Origin: an uncultured Gammaproteobacteria bacterium
GTDB lineage: Bacteria > Patescibacteriota > Patescibacteriia > Patescibacteriales > UBA12465
Assembly (NCBI GenBank): GCA_964539545.1
Contig: CAZIJG010000003.1
Coordinates: forward strand, 4,924-68,923
Direction of reading: 5' to 3'
Length of the DNA stretch: 64,000 bases
This document shows, piece by piece, positions 55,952 through 64,000 of this stretch; position 1 is the stretch's first letter, and each line of letters begins with the position of its first letter. The translations under genes were made by a program, and so were the position numbers. A model generated the notes under the pieces. It was given only the letters and a program-made list of their open reading frames with translations, ran no database searches and was not told the DNA's origin.

Positions 55952-57930
55952 TATATAACAATTTTTATAGTTTCTTCACGATATAATCTTAGAAGATCTC
56001 CTTCTTCGATTACTGGTTTTCCTTCAAATTTAAGACCGCATTCTTGTCCTCTTTCTATCGATGGAACATCTTGTTTACCAGATTGTAATTGAGTAAGATT
56101 ACCAATAGTTTTAATTTCCCCCTCTTTAATAACCTCTACTCGGCAATCTTTCTCGGCTTGGCCAGAAGAAACTTTACCGCCAATAATTTGAGCTTTGCTT
56201 TCAGTTCTAAATACGGCTAATACTTTAATTTCTCCCAATTCTTTTCTCACAATGTCTGGTTCAACTACCTTTTCCATTTCTTCTTTAACATATTTAATTA
56301 AATCATAAATTACAGAAAATAATTCTGCTTTAACTTTCTTTTCTCTAATTATTTCTTCAGTAGCTGGAGGAAGTTTAATGTTAAATCCTAAGATAACTGC
56401 ACCAGAATCTTCAGCTCTTTTAATATCTACTTCATTTATATTTCCTAAACTCTTAGTCAACACTTTAACTTTAATTTTTTCTGAATTAATTTTCATTAAT
56501 GATTCTTCAATCGCTTCAGCTGAACCTAAAACATCACTTTTAATAATCACGTTGAATTTTTTAACATCACTACTCTCACTAACATTAGCTGTGCTGCTAG
56601 CACCGGTTTCTCGTCCTTTAGCCTTCATCTTTCTGATCTTCATCCTCTTACCTTCTCCCACAGATAACATATCTCCTACTTCTGGCAAAGTCTTTAACCC
56701 TAACATTTTAGCTGGCACAGATGGCCCAGCCTCTAATATATCTTTACCGGAATAGTTGAATAGCGCTTTAACTTTACCGTAAATAACATTGTTGAAACAA
56801 AGCTGATCTCCAACCTTCAAAGTACCATTCTGAACTAGGATAGTAGCGATTGGTCCGGCTCCTCTGTCGATATGAGACTCAATAATAGTTCCCGTGGCCT
56901 CGGCTGCTGGATTAGCCTGCAGATTCTTTGCTTCTGTATCAGCTAGGAGTAATACCATATCCAATAGCTTATCTACTCCTTCTCCTTTCAAAGCTGAAAT
57001 AGGAACACAGATAGTTTTACCACCCCAATCCTCCGGTGTCAGATTCAATTGACTGGCTAAATCTTGCTTCACTCTATCAATATTGGCATCCTCTTTATCT
57101 ATTTTATTAATAGCTACTAAATACGGGATATTAGCTGCTTCAATAATTCTAAAAGCTTCAACTGTCTGTGGTTTAACGCTGTCATCAGCTGCTACTACTA
57201 GAATAGCTATATCTGCTACCTTAGCTCCACGGCTACGCATAGCTGTGAAAGCTTCGTGTCCAGGAGTATCAATAAAAGTAACTAAACGATCATTTTTTCT
57301 TGTTTGGTAAGCTCCAATATGTTGGGTAATACCACCAGCTTCCTGAGAGACCACATCACTTTCTCTAATTGCGTCCAATAATTTAGTTTTACCGTGATCT
57401 ACATGTCCCATTACCACAATAACCGGCGAACGAGGCTCTAAATTGTCATCATCTTCGGCGGCCAGAACATCTTCTAACTTCTTTTCTTCCTGATCTGGCT
57501 GGGCTCCTTCTTCTTCTCCGGTAAACTCTACTTCTATACCCAAGTCTGATCCTACAATAACGGCTGTATCAAAATCAATCTTTTCGTTCATAGAAACAAA
57601 TACTCCATTCTTCATTAATTGAGCTAATAAAATATTGATAGGTAACTCGGTCATGGCTGCAAAATCTTTGATTACCACAAACTTACCAATAGTTATTTGC
57701 TTAGGTCCGGCAGCGGCAATAGCAGCCTCTACTTTAGTTTTTTCTAACTCTTCCTGATTTTCTCTCTCAATCTGTTTTTTATACTTAGACCAATTCTTAA
57801 TAATGTTTTGAGCAGTACGATTATCTACCTTGATGGCCTTTTGTCCAACGCTAAACCCTAAACGAGGCAATAAGTCGCGTAATTCTTGTGGAGTTATTTT
57901 TAAAACTCTGGCTAATTCAGTTAAATTCAT
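55951..57930 (-). CDS. infB: Translation initiation factor IF-2
   Basis: G domain [26 protein letters not shown] and NKIDK. 659 aa with a short N-terminal region. Confidence 0.95.
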   Translation of the reverse strand: MNLTELARVLKITPQELRDLLPRLGFSVGQKAIKVDNRTAQNIIKNWSKYKKQIERENQEELEKTKVEAAIAAAGPKQITIGKFVVIKDFAAMTELPINILLAQLMKNGVFVSMNEKIDFDTAVIVGSDLGIEVEFTGEEEGAQPDQEEKKLEDVLAAEDDDNLEPRSPVIVVMGHVDHGKTKLLDAIRESDVVSQEAGGITQHIGAYQTRKNDRLVTFIDTPGHEAFTAMRSRGAKVADIAILVVAADDSVKPQTVEAFRIIEAANIPYLVAINKIDKEDANIDRVKQDLASQLNLTPEDWGGKTICVPISALKGEGVDKLLDMVLLLADTEAKNLQANPAAEATGTIIESHIDRGAGPIATILVQNGTLKVGDQLCFNNVIYGKVKALFNYSGKDILEAGPSVPAKMLGLKTLPEVGDMLSVGEGKRMKIRKMKAKGRETGASSTANVSESSDVKKFNVIIKSDVLGSAEAIEESLMKINSEKIKVKVLTKSLGNINEVDIKRAEDSGAVILGFNIKLPPATEEIIREKKVKAELFSVIYDLIKYVKEEMEKVVEPDIVRKELGEIKVLAVFRTESKAQIIGGKVSSGQAEKDCRVEVIKEGEIKTIGNLTQLQSGKQDVPSIERGQECGLKFEGKPVIEEGDLLRLYREETIKIVI

Positions 57931-57942
57931 AAAAATGATAAA

Positions 57943-57956
57943 AGGGCAAAAGCCCT
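57943..57956 (-). promoter_or_regulatory. Terminator-like GC hairpin in the infB 5' leader
   Basis: The minus strand reads AGGGC-UUUU-GCCCU, then UUUAUCAUUUUU, then the AUG at 57930. Confidence 0.45.
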
Positions 57957-57977
57957 ATAATTAACGTGTTTTTTAAA

Positions 57978-58006
57978 AGTTTACTTTATTTCCATGCTTT
58001 AGTCAA
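57978..58006 (-). promoter_or_regulatory. Candidate promoter for infB
   Basis: The minus strand reads TTGACT-17 nt-TAAACT, about 48 nt upstream of the ATG. Confidence 0.4.
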
Positions 58007-58328
58007 CCAGTATCTTTACAAGCTCAAATTTTTTTGCTAAGATAGGCTTAGTTTAAATTATTTATAATAATTATAACTGGAATTTAGGAAATAAGAGGTC
58101 ATTATAGATTGTAGAATATTTTTAGCTAAAGTTAGCCAATCTTGGGTATTAAACTCTAAAAAATTATTACCGGATATAGTCGTAAAAACATGATTTTACT
58201 CAAAAACTTACTATATAAAATACAAAAATCAGTCGCCTAGGCCAAAACCTAGCTTTGTTATTATTTTTGTTAGCTAATTCTACAACTTAATATTGCAAAT
58301 AAGTTCCTAAACTCTAGATAATAGATGT

Positions 58329-59846
58329 ATGCTAGAATATATTATTTATCTGGCAATAGCTGCGGGGGCTTTTTTTATTGGATTCGTAATTCACAAATTA
58401 ATCAGTCAATCTAAAGTTGGACACGCTGAAGAAAAAGCAAACAAGCTAATTGCTGAAGCTAAAACCAAACAAAAAGAGTTAATGTTGTCTACTCAAGATA
58501 AAGCCTTAAAAATCATTGATGAAGCTAAAAAGGAAGAATCTAAAAGAAGAAACGACATTAGCCAATTACAACATCGTTTAGAAAAAAGAGAAAACTCTTT
58601 TTCTCAAAAACTACTAGATTTACAAGACAAGCAACAAAAATTGTATGATAAAGTAACCGAAGTACAGAACATTAAAGAAAAGATTAAAGAGATTAAAGAA
58701 CAACAGACAAACAAGTTAGAAACAATTGCTAATCTAGACAAAGAGGAGGCTAGAGGCATTTTATTAAAGAACATTGAAGAACAAGGCAAAGAAGATTTAA
58801 TGATTCGAATACAAAAACTAGAAAAAGATTCAGCTGAGACTTTAGAAGGAAAGGCTAGAGACATCATGGCAACTGCTATGCAACGTTTAGCGTCTACCTA
58901 TACTCTAGAGTTAACTACTACTACCATAGATCTGCCAAGTGATGAAATGAAAGGTAGAATTATTGGTAGAGAAGGACGTAATATCAAAGCCATTGAACAG
59001 GCTACTGGTGTAGAAATTATTGTAGATGATACTCCCAATGCTATTACTATCTCTGGTTTTTCTTTAATTCGTAGACATATTGCTAAAAAAACCTTAGACT
59101 ATTTAATAAAAGACGGTCGTATTCACCCTACTAAGATTGAAGAAGCTGTAGAAAGGTCTAAACAGGAAATTGCTATTGATATTAAAAAGGCTGGTGAAGA
59201 AGCTATGTATGAAGTAGGTATTACCGGCTTTGACCCTAGATTAGTTCTTATCCTAGGTAGATTAAAATATAGAACTAGTTATGGTCAAAATGCCCTAAGA
59301 CACTCTATTGAAGTAGCCCACATTTCTGCATTACTAGCTGAACAACTAGGGGCTAACGTGACTATAGCTAAAAAGGGCGGTCTCTTACACGATATTGGTA
59401 AAGCCGTTGATCATGAAATTAAAGGTAACCATACAGAAATTGGCAGAGACATCGCTAAGAAGTTTAACTTGTCTCCAGAGATTATCGCCCCAATCGAAAC
59501 CCACCATGATGATAAACCATCTACTCTAGAGGCTGTAATCGTAAAAGTAGCTGATGCTATTTCATCTGCCCGGCCTGGAGCTAGAAATGATAACTATGAA
59601 AATTACCTACAACGTTTAGAAGAGTTAGAAAAAATTGCTACTTCTTTCGACGGCGTAGAGAAGAGCTATGCTATCCAAGCTGGACGTGAAGTAAGAATCT
59701 TCGTTACTCCTGATAAGATCGACGATTATAATACTCACAAACTAGCTAGAAGCATCAGCGAAAAAATCGAAAAAGAATTAAAATACCCTGGAGAAATCAA
59801 AGTTAATGTTATTAGAGAATTAAGAGTTACAGAATACGCTAGATAA
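58329..59846 (+). CDS. rny: Ribonuclease Y
   Basis: N-terminal TM, coiled coil, KH (GRIIGREGRNIKAIE) and HD domain (LLHDIGKA ... HH). Confidence 0.9.
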   Translation: MLEYIIYLAIAAGAFFIGFVIHKLISQSKVGHAEEKANKLIAEAKTKQKELMLSTQDKALKIIDEAKKEESKRRNDISQLQHRLEKRENSFSQKLLDLQDKQQKLYDKVTEVQNIKEKIKEIKEQQTNKLETIANLDKEEARGILLKNIEEQGKEDLMIRIQKLEKDSAETLEGKARDIMATAMQRLASTYTLELTTTTIDLPSDEMKGRIIGREGRNIKAIEQATGVEIIVDDTPNAITISGFSLIRRHIAKKTLDYLIKDGRIHPTKIEEAVERSKQEIAIDIKKAGEEAMYEVGITGFDPRLVLILGRLKYRTSYGQNALRHSIEVAHISALLAEQLGANVTIAKKGGLLHDIGKAVDHEIKGNHTEIGRDIAKKFNLSPEIIAPIETHHDDKPSTLEAVIVKVADAISSARPGARNDNYENYLQRLEELEKIATSFDGVEKSYAIQAGREVRIFVTPDKIDDYNTHKLARSISEKIEKELKYPGEIKVNVIRELRVTEYAR

Positions 59847-59892
59847 GACTTGGTTTTTCTCTATAATATATTGTAAACTAAAAATAAATCAT

Positions 59893-60177
59893 ATGAATAA
59901 AGCAGATTTAGCCACACAAATTCAATCTAAAGTAACTGGCATTACAAAGAAACAAGCGGAAGCAATAATTCAAACTTTAACAAGTACAATCATTGAGGAA
60001 TTAAAAAATGATAAGGAAGTAACTATAGCTGGTTTTGGAACATTCTTATCTAGAACCAGACACGCAAGAGGAGGAGTTAATCCTCGCAATCCTGATGAAA
60101 GAATTACTATCCCAGCAGTAAAGGTAGCTAAATTCCGAACTGGTAAAAACTTGAAAGACGCCTTAAAAGGCAAATAA
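59893..60177 (+). CDS. hup: Nucleoid protein HU
   Basis: MNKADLATQI ... GFGTF ... RHARGGVNPRNPDERITIPAVKVAKFRTGK is the HU/IHF fold signature. Confidence 0.9.
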   Translation: MNKADLATQIQSKVTGITKKQAEAIIQTLTSTIIEELKNDKEVTIAGFGTFLSRTRHARGGVNPRNPDERITIPAVKVAKFRTGKNLKDALKGK

Positions 60178-60192
60178 TTTCTTGACCAAAGC

Positions 60193-60266
60193 GCACTCGT
60201 AGTTCAACTGGATAGAGCGTCTGGCTTCGGACCAGAAGGTTGCAGGTTCGAATCCTGCCGAGTGCA
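60193..60266 (+). tRNA. tRNA-Arg (anticodon TCG)
   Basis: Acceptor GCACTCG/CGAGTGC, anticodon loop CTTCGGA, T-loop TTCGAAT. No encoded CCA. Confidence 0.95.
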
Positions 60267-60283
60267 CTTTGAGCGAGAATTAT

Positions 60284-60357
60284 GGCTGGGTAGCTCAGCT
60301 GGTTAGAGCGCGACACTCATAACGTCGAGGTCGAGAGTTCAAGTCTCTCCTCAGCCA
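60284..60357 (+). tRNA. tRNA with CAT anticodon (elongator Met, or Ile2 if lysidinylated)
   Basis: Acceptor GGCTGGG/CTCAGCC, D stem C11:G24 (elongator type), anticodon loop CTCATAA with an A31/C39 mismatch, T-loop TTCAAGT. Confidence 0.85.
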
Positions 60358-60375
60358 CATAGGACAATGGAATAA

Positions 60376-60451
60376 GCGCCGTTAGCTCAGTTGGTAGAGC
60401 AGTTGCCTCTTAAGCAAACGGTCGCAGGTTCGAATCCTGCACGGCGCACCA
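60376..60451 (+). tRNA. tRNA-Lys (anticodon CTT), CCA encoded
   Basis: Acceptor GCGCCGT/ACGGCGC, anticodon loop CTCTTAA, T-loop TTCGAAT, 3' ACCA. Confidence 0.95.
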
Positions 60452-60455
60452 ACAC

Positions 60456-60481
60456 AAGCTCCTCAACCAAGGAGTTTTTTG
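60456..60481 (+). terminator. Intrinsic terminator after the tRNA cluster
   Basis: ctcct-caacca-aggag, followed by TTTTTTG. Confidence 0.5.
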
Positions 60482-60494
60482 TTAGAATAGGAGT

Positions 60495-61124
60495 ATGACA
60501 AATAAAAATATTAAACTAATAATCTTTGATGGCTATGGAGTTATTTTTAATGGTGGCTTTCCTCAAACCTGTACTAAGCTGAGTCAATTATTCAAGAGAA
60601 ATAAAGCTGAGCTATATAAAATAATCTATACTAAATATTTTAATCAAGCCGCTACTAAAAAAATTTCTCAACAACAAGCCTGGGGAAAAGCAATTAAAGA
60701 ATTGGACTTACCAATATCTGTAGATGAAATTAAAAAGATTCATTACAGTTTTATGAATATCAATAGAGCTGTATTGAGCCTAGCTAAGGAAGCTAAGCAA
60801 AATTACAAAATAATCTTGTTAACAAAAAATACGCGCCCTCAATTAAGAGACGCGCTATTATTAATGCCAGAAGTCAGAGAAGTATTTGAAAAAAATATTA
60901 TTAATACCTGGGAATATAATCTAGCTAAAGCCAGCCAGAAAACCATTCAGATGATAGCTAATAAGTATAGGGTTAAATTAACCGAAGTGGTATATATTGA
61001 TGATCAAGCAGAAAATCTAAAATCCGCTAAGAACCTCGGGGTTACAACCATACTTTATAGCACTTTTCCAGACTTTAAAAAGAAATTACTCAATCACTGT
61101 CCCCCTAAAGCTCTTCCCCTCTAA
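60495..61124 (+). CDS. HAD-superfamily hydrolase-like protein (motif I degenerate)
   Basis: LIIFDGYGVIF (motif I position), LLTKNT (motif II-like) and YIDDQAEN (motif IV). The second Asp of DxD is replaced. Confidence 0.5.
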   Translation: MTNKNIKLIIFDGYGVIFNGGFPQTCTKLSQLFKRNKAELYKIIYTKYFNQAATKKISQQQAWGKAIKELDLPISVDEIKKIHYSFMNINRAVLSLAKEAKQNYKIILLTKNTRPQLRDALLLMPEVREVFEKNIINTWEYNLAKASQKTIQMIANKYRVKLTEVVYIDDQAENLKSAKNLGVTTILYSTFPDFKKKLLNHCPPKALPL

Positions 61125-61769
61125 ATACTTATTCAAATTATTTAATTTTTTGCCATTTAGAACTACCACCTTAATCTTATTCTTCTGAGCCAACTTAGAT
61201 GCTATTGGATCAAATGGAACATTCTTCCCTGGAATCCACTTAGTGCCAATTATTTTAAAGAAATCTGACCAAGTTAGATTTTTTTGTTGCTGAGCATCTT
61301 TATATTTTTTAGGGTCCTTATCATACACATAATCTATATTAGACATGTTAATAACTGCTAAGGCGCCATATTGCTTAGCCAAAGCCACGGCCATACAATC
61401 TGAAGATCTTCCTGGTTTATATCCACTGGCTACAATTATCTTACTACTTTTAATTTTATCATTTGGACATGAAACAATATCTTGATAAGCCAAATCTTTT
61501 AATAACACCTGTAGAAGACTAGCGTTTAATTTAGTGGCTGCAATCCCAACCCAATCTGCTTCTGTAGATGATAATTTTCTAACTTTATTAGCAGAACTAA
61601 TATAATGTCTAGCAGTTTTCCCTCCGCCAGTCACTAGAATGAAATTATAGCCTTGTTTCTTCTGCTTCTTTACTAAATCAATAAAATCCTGTAGAAATGA
61701 ATAGTCAATCTTGTCTATTTCAGGAGAAATTAATGATCCACCAACTGAAATAACTAATAATTTTTTCAT
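61086..61769 (-). CDS. pyrH: UMP kinase, archaeal-type (amino-acid-kinase fold)
   Basis: MKKLLVISVGGSLISP, LVTGGGKTARHY, GRSSDCMAVALA and NIDYVYDKDPKKY. 227 aa, like archaeal PyrH. Confidence 0.65.
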   Translation of the reverse strand: MKKLLVISVGGSLISPEIDKIDYSFLQDFIDLVKKQKKQGYNFILVTGGGKTARHYISSANKVRKLSSTEADWVGIAATKLNASLLQVLLKDLAYQDIVSCPNDKIKSSKIIVASGYKPGRSSDCMAVALAKQYGALAVINMSNIDYVYDKDPKKYKDAQQQKNLTWSDFFKIIGTKWIPGKNVPFDPIASKLAQKNKIKVVVLNGKKLNNLNKYLEGKSFRGTVIE

Positions 61770-61781
61770 AGAGTTAAATAA

Positions 61782-61810
61782 AAGCCGTTTCCTATTAAAA
61801 GAAACGGCTT
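61782..61810 (-). terminator. Intrinsic terminator after recA
   Basis: aagccgtttc-ctattaaaa-gaaacggctt, a perfect 10-bp stem. The minus strand continues with TTTATTT. Confidence 0.75.
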
Positions 61811-61828
61811 AATATATATCATAAATAT

Positions 61829-62884
61829 TTATTCTTCTTTAGCTTTAGCCTCTTGTATATCTAGAATCTGTTTTCTAATCTGAACTAATAATTTTTTATC
61901 TGCCTTTAGAGTTTTCTTGGCATTCTCTCTACCTACTCCTAATTTAGTCTCGCCAATAGTATAACTGTTACCACTCTTATTAATTACTCCATATTCTACG
62001 CCAACATCTAGGAGATCGCCGGACAAAGAAATACCTTCATTATACATAATATCGAATTCTGTAGTCCTAAATGGAGCGGCTACCTTATTCTTCACAATCT
62101 TAGCTTTAACTCTATTACCAACAATTCTATCTCCCTGTTTAATTTGAGCAGAACGTCTAACTTCTATTCTAACTGAACAATAAAATTTTAAAGCATTGCC
62201 ACCGGATGTAGTCTCAGGACTACCAAAGAAAACTCCAATTTTATTTCTAATCTGATTAATAAATATAACTACAGTTCTAGTCTTAGATACAGCGCCAGTT
62301 AATTTTCTTAAAGCCTGGCTCATTAATCTAGCCTGTAATCCCATATGTTGATCACCCATTTCACCATCAATTTCTCTCTTAGGAACTAAAGCGGCTACAC
62401 TATCTATTACTACCACGTCAACAGCATTAGACCTAACTAAAGTTTCTACAATTTCTAAAGCCTGCTCTCCTGTATCAGGTTGAGAAATTAATAGTTCCTT
62501 TACATCAACCCCAATCTTCCTGGCATACTCTGGATCTAAAGCGTGTTCAGCATCCACAAAGGCAGCTATTCCACCTTGCTTTTGTACTTCAGCTACAATA
62601 TGTTGGGCCAAAGTAGTTTTACCTGATGCTTCCGGTCCAAAAATTTCAATAATTCTACCTCTGGGGACACCATTTATGCCTAAAGCCATATCCAAAGATA
62701 AACAACCAGTAGAAACAGCTCCAACATCACTACGTCGGGCATCACCAAATTTCATAATAGACCCTTCGCCAAATTTACTTCTTATTTGGTCAATAGCGGA
62801 TAAAGCAGCTTGGGCTTTCTTATCTATTTCATCTTTTTTACTTTCTACACTTTTTTTACTTTCTGTATTATTTGCTTTTGCCAT
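61829..62884 (-). CDS. recA: Recombinase RecA
   Basis: [18 protein letters not shown] (Walker A), VVIDSVAAL and FINQIR. Has a ~15-aa K/S-rich N-terminal extension. Confidence 0.97.
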   Translation of the reverse strand: MAKANNTESKKSVESKKDEIDKKAQAALSAIDQIRSKFGEGSIMKFGDARRSDVGAVSTGCLSLDMALGINGVPRGRIIEIFGPEASGKTTLAQHIVAEVQKQGGIAAFVDAEHALDPEYARKIGVDVKELLISQPDTGEQALEIVETLVRSNAVDVVVIDSVAALVPKREIDGEMGDQHMGLQARLMSQALRKLTGAVSKTRTVVIFINQIRNKIGVFFGSPETTSGGNALKFYCSVRIEVRRSAQIKQGDRIVGNRVKAKIVKNKVAAPFRTTEFDIMYNEGISLSGDLLDVGVEYGVINKSGNSYTIGETKLGVGRENAKKTLKADKKLLVQIRKQILDIQEAKAKEE

Positions 62885-62895
62885 ATGTATATAAA

Positions 62896-63234
62896 TTATT
62901 TTTTATAAATTTTATCTAATTTTACTTTATCATGAATAAATTCCTGTCTTAGAGCATATCCCAACAGAATCCTGATTAAAACCATGCCCCCCAATTGCAT
63001 AACCTCATCTAGATTTTGAGCTACTGTAACCAACAATACATCTGCCGCAATAATAAATTCTAAACCAAAAATTATATTACGAGCAAATTTCATTCTAACT
63101 GTGTCACGATTATCTGCTGAAAAGAAAAGCATGTACAAAGCTAGAGCTACTGACGCTATAACCATTAGTACACCAATGTACTCAATCACCATACCAGCGC
63201 CATATGTTAATGAAGAAATAACCTCGGCTATCAT
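62896..63234 (-). CDS. Small integral membrane protein, DUF1622-like
   Basis: The pattern [20 protein letters not shown] ... [16 protein letters not shown] matches my memory of the DUF1622 family. 112 aa. Confidence 0.5.
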   Translation of the reverse strand: MIAEVISSLTYGAGMVIEYIGVLMVIASVALALYMLFFSADNRDTVRMKFARNIIFGLEFIIAADVLLVTVAQNLDEVMQLGGMVLIRILLGYALRQEFIHDKVKLDKIYKK

Positions 63235-63322
63235 ATATTTAAGTTAATTATAACAAGCTAATATGAAATATCTATGAAAATTTTCTATCTACATTATACA
63301 CTCCTTTGAGGCTTTAGTAAAA

Positions 63323-63829
63323 CTAGTATGGAACCGTAAAACTATAGGTTTTCCCTTGAGAACTTTGCCATCCTAGCTCAACTCCCTGACTAGTTTTAAG
63401 GTAATAAAGCCCTTGCTTGGACAGCCAAGCAGACGAATTCTTGAACCAATCTTCTCCTGATGTATTCTGTACAACCTCTTTTACAGATTTATCGAAATCT
63501 GATTTATCAAGTACCTCTTTAGCTATTTCTGTAACTTCTTTCGTTTCAAAGGTACCAGCAATATCAACACCTCTTCTAAGTGGATTTTTAAAATGGTTTT
63601 CCCAGAATGGCTTAGGATCTTTTTGCACGTCAGCCCCTAAAATATCTAAGTAACTTAGGGTGGAGTTAAAAACTTTCCAAGCCTCTATTGACCCAGTTAC
63701 TACTGGATTATCTTGAGCATCATAATAATCATCAGTTTTTTCAGATTGTTCAAACCAATAAGACGATAAAAGAACCAATACTAGGAACCCTCCTGTTAAA
63801 AATAAATAAAGTAAATTTTTGGTATTCAT
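63323..63829 (-). CDS. Hypothetical N-terminally anchored extracytoplasmic protein (168 aa)
   Basis: Single N-terminal TM (LLYLFLTGGFLVLVLLSSYWF). No recognisable motif. Confidence 0.5.
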   Translation of the reverse strand: MNTKNLLYLFLTGGFLVLVLLSSYWFEQSEKTDDYYDAQDNPVVTGSIEAWKVFNSTLSYLDILGADVQKDPKPFWENHFKNPLRRGVDIAGTFETKEVTEIAKEVLDKSDFDKSVKEVVQNTSGEDWFKNSSAWLSKQGLYYLKTSQGVELGWQSSQGKTYSFTVPY

Positions 63830-63830
63830 A

Positions 63831-64000
63831 TTATATAAGTTTAGATTGATTTCCTTGTTCTGCCTCAGAAAATATCTTTATTTTGCCATAAACTCCATCA
63901 TATCCAGCCTCTACGATCAACTGGCCCTCTCTTACTCGTCTAATGCCTTCGGCAATACGTTTATCAAAAGCTTGTTCAATATCATTCAACTCAGTCTTTA
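63831..64000 (-). CDS. 3' end of a gene continuing past the right edge; possibly endonuclease Q-like
   Basis: My translation is ...KTELNDIEQAFDKRIAEGIRRVREGQLIVEAGYDGVYGKIKIFSEAEQGNQSKLI*. The AGYDGxYGxIxIF ending resembles what I recall of the TIGR00375/EndoQ C-terminus. The family call has low certainty. Confidence 0.3.
   Translation of the reverse strand, partial: KTELNDIEQAFDKRIAEGIRRVREGQLIVEAGYDGVYGKIKIFSEAEQGNQSKLI

Noticed and set aside
56378-56755. Long antisense ORFs inside well-supported genes: 56378-56755 in infB, 9800-10138 and 10460-10759 in murJ, 18685-19017 in rpoC, 26363-26668 in ftsK, 8673-8939 in lepA.
   Set aside because: Each lies entirely opposite a gene with strong family signatures. 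Their products are low-complexity (S/L/I/F-rich) with no motifs. Such ORFs are expected opposite K/E-rich coding DNA in an AT-rich genome.
57960-58328. The 398-bp gene-free spacer considered as a hidden structured ncRNA (6S, SRP, RNase P or tmRNA).
   Set aside because: It is very AT-rich, with only short 4-5 bp hairpins (ctagg..cctag, gctaa..ttagc). I found none of the conserved motifs of those RNAs when reading both strands. It is more simply a divergent promoter region.
1-64000. Alternative genetic code (UGA recoded, as in Gracilibacteria/Absconditabacteria), given the CPR-like gene content.
   Set aside because: Long conserved genes are intact under the standard code, and TGA is used as a genuine stop (for example polA ends ATA TGA at 45515-45517, overlapping the murD ATG). 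No ORFs are fragmented at TGA.

Overview
AT-rich, very gene-dense bacterial chromosome segment. It uses the standard genetic code: TGA acts as a stop, for example at the end of polA. I call about 60 protein genes and 8 tRNAs. I found no rRNA, CRISPR array, transposase, integrase or reverse transcriptase. Most genes are housekeeping and sit in long same-strand arrays with 1-10 nt gaps or short overlaps. These include rpoB-rpoC, lepA, recJ, rnhA, murJ, a murE-like gene, murD, ftsK, ruvC, yebC, polA, holA, rpsT, rpsO, pnp, rpsP, a KH-protein gene, trmD, infB-rbfA-nrnA, rny, hup, recA, gpmA and pyrH. Energy metabolism looks fermentative, with a four-subunit 2-oxoacid:ferredoxin oxidoreductase (por) and an ADP-forming acetyl-CoA synthetase. 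Several traits point to a small-genome Patescibacteria/CPR-like organism, which is an inference and not a computed assignment: an archaeal-type UMP kinase, GT5/GH57 glucan genes, a VirB2-like pilin-domain protein, rpoBC without rplJL upstream, infB without nusA, and K/E-rich tails on core proteins. The most unusual items are these. (1) A 363-aa secreted or membrane protein with a VirB2/TrbC-like two-helix hairpin and a 20-cysteine C-terminal domain is wedged between porA and porB, and a membrane-anchored DsbA opens the same operon. (2) A tightly coupled six-gene alpha-glucan block holds two GlgA paralogs flanking GH57, an APH-fold kinase, a PHP phosphoesterase and a pyruvyl transferase. (3) A NYN-domain nuclease gene is inserted between rpsO and pnp. 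(4) There are tRNA oddities: an initiator-like tRNA with A1/A72, and a tRNA-Phe with C at position 55. (5) There is a strongly signalled single-gene unit for a repeat-built surface protein. All functional calls come from reading the translations and the DNA; no database search was run.
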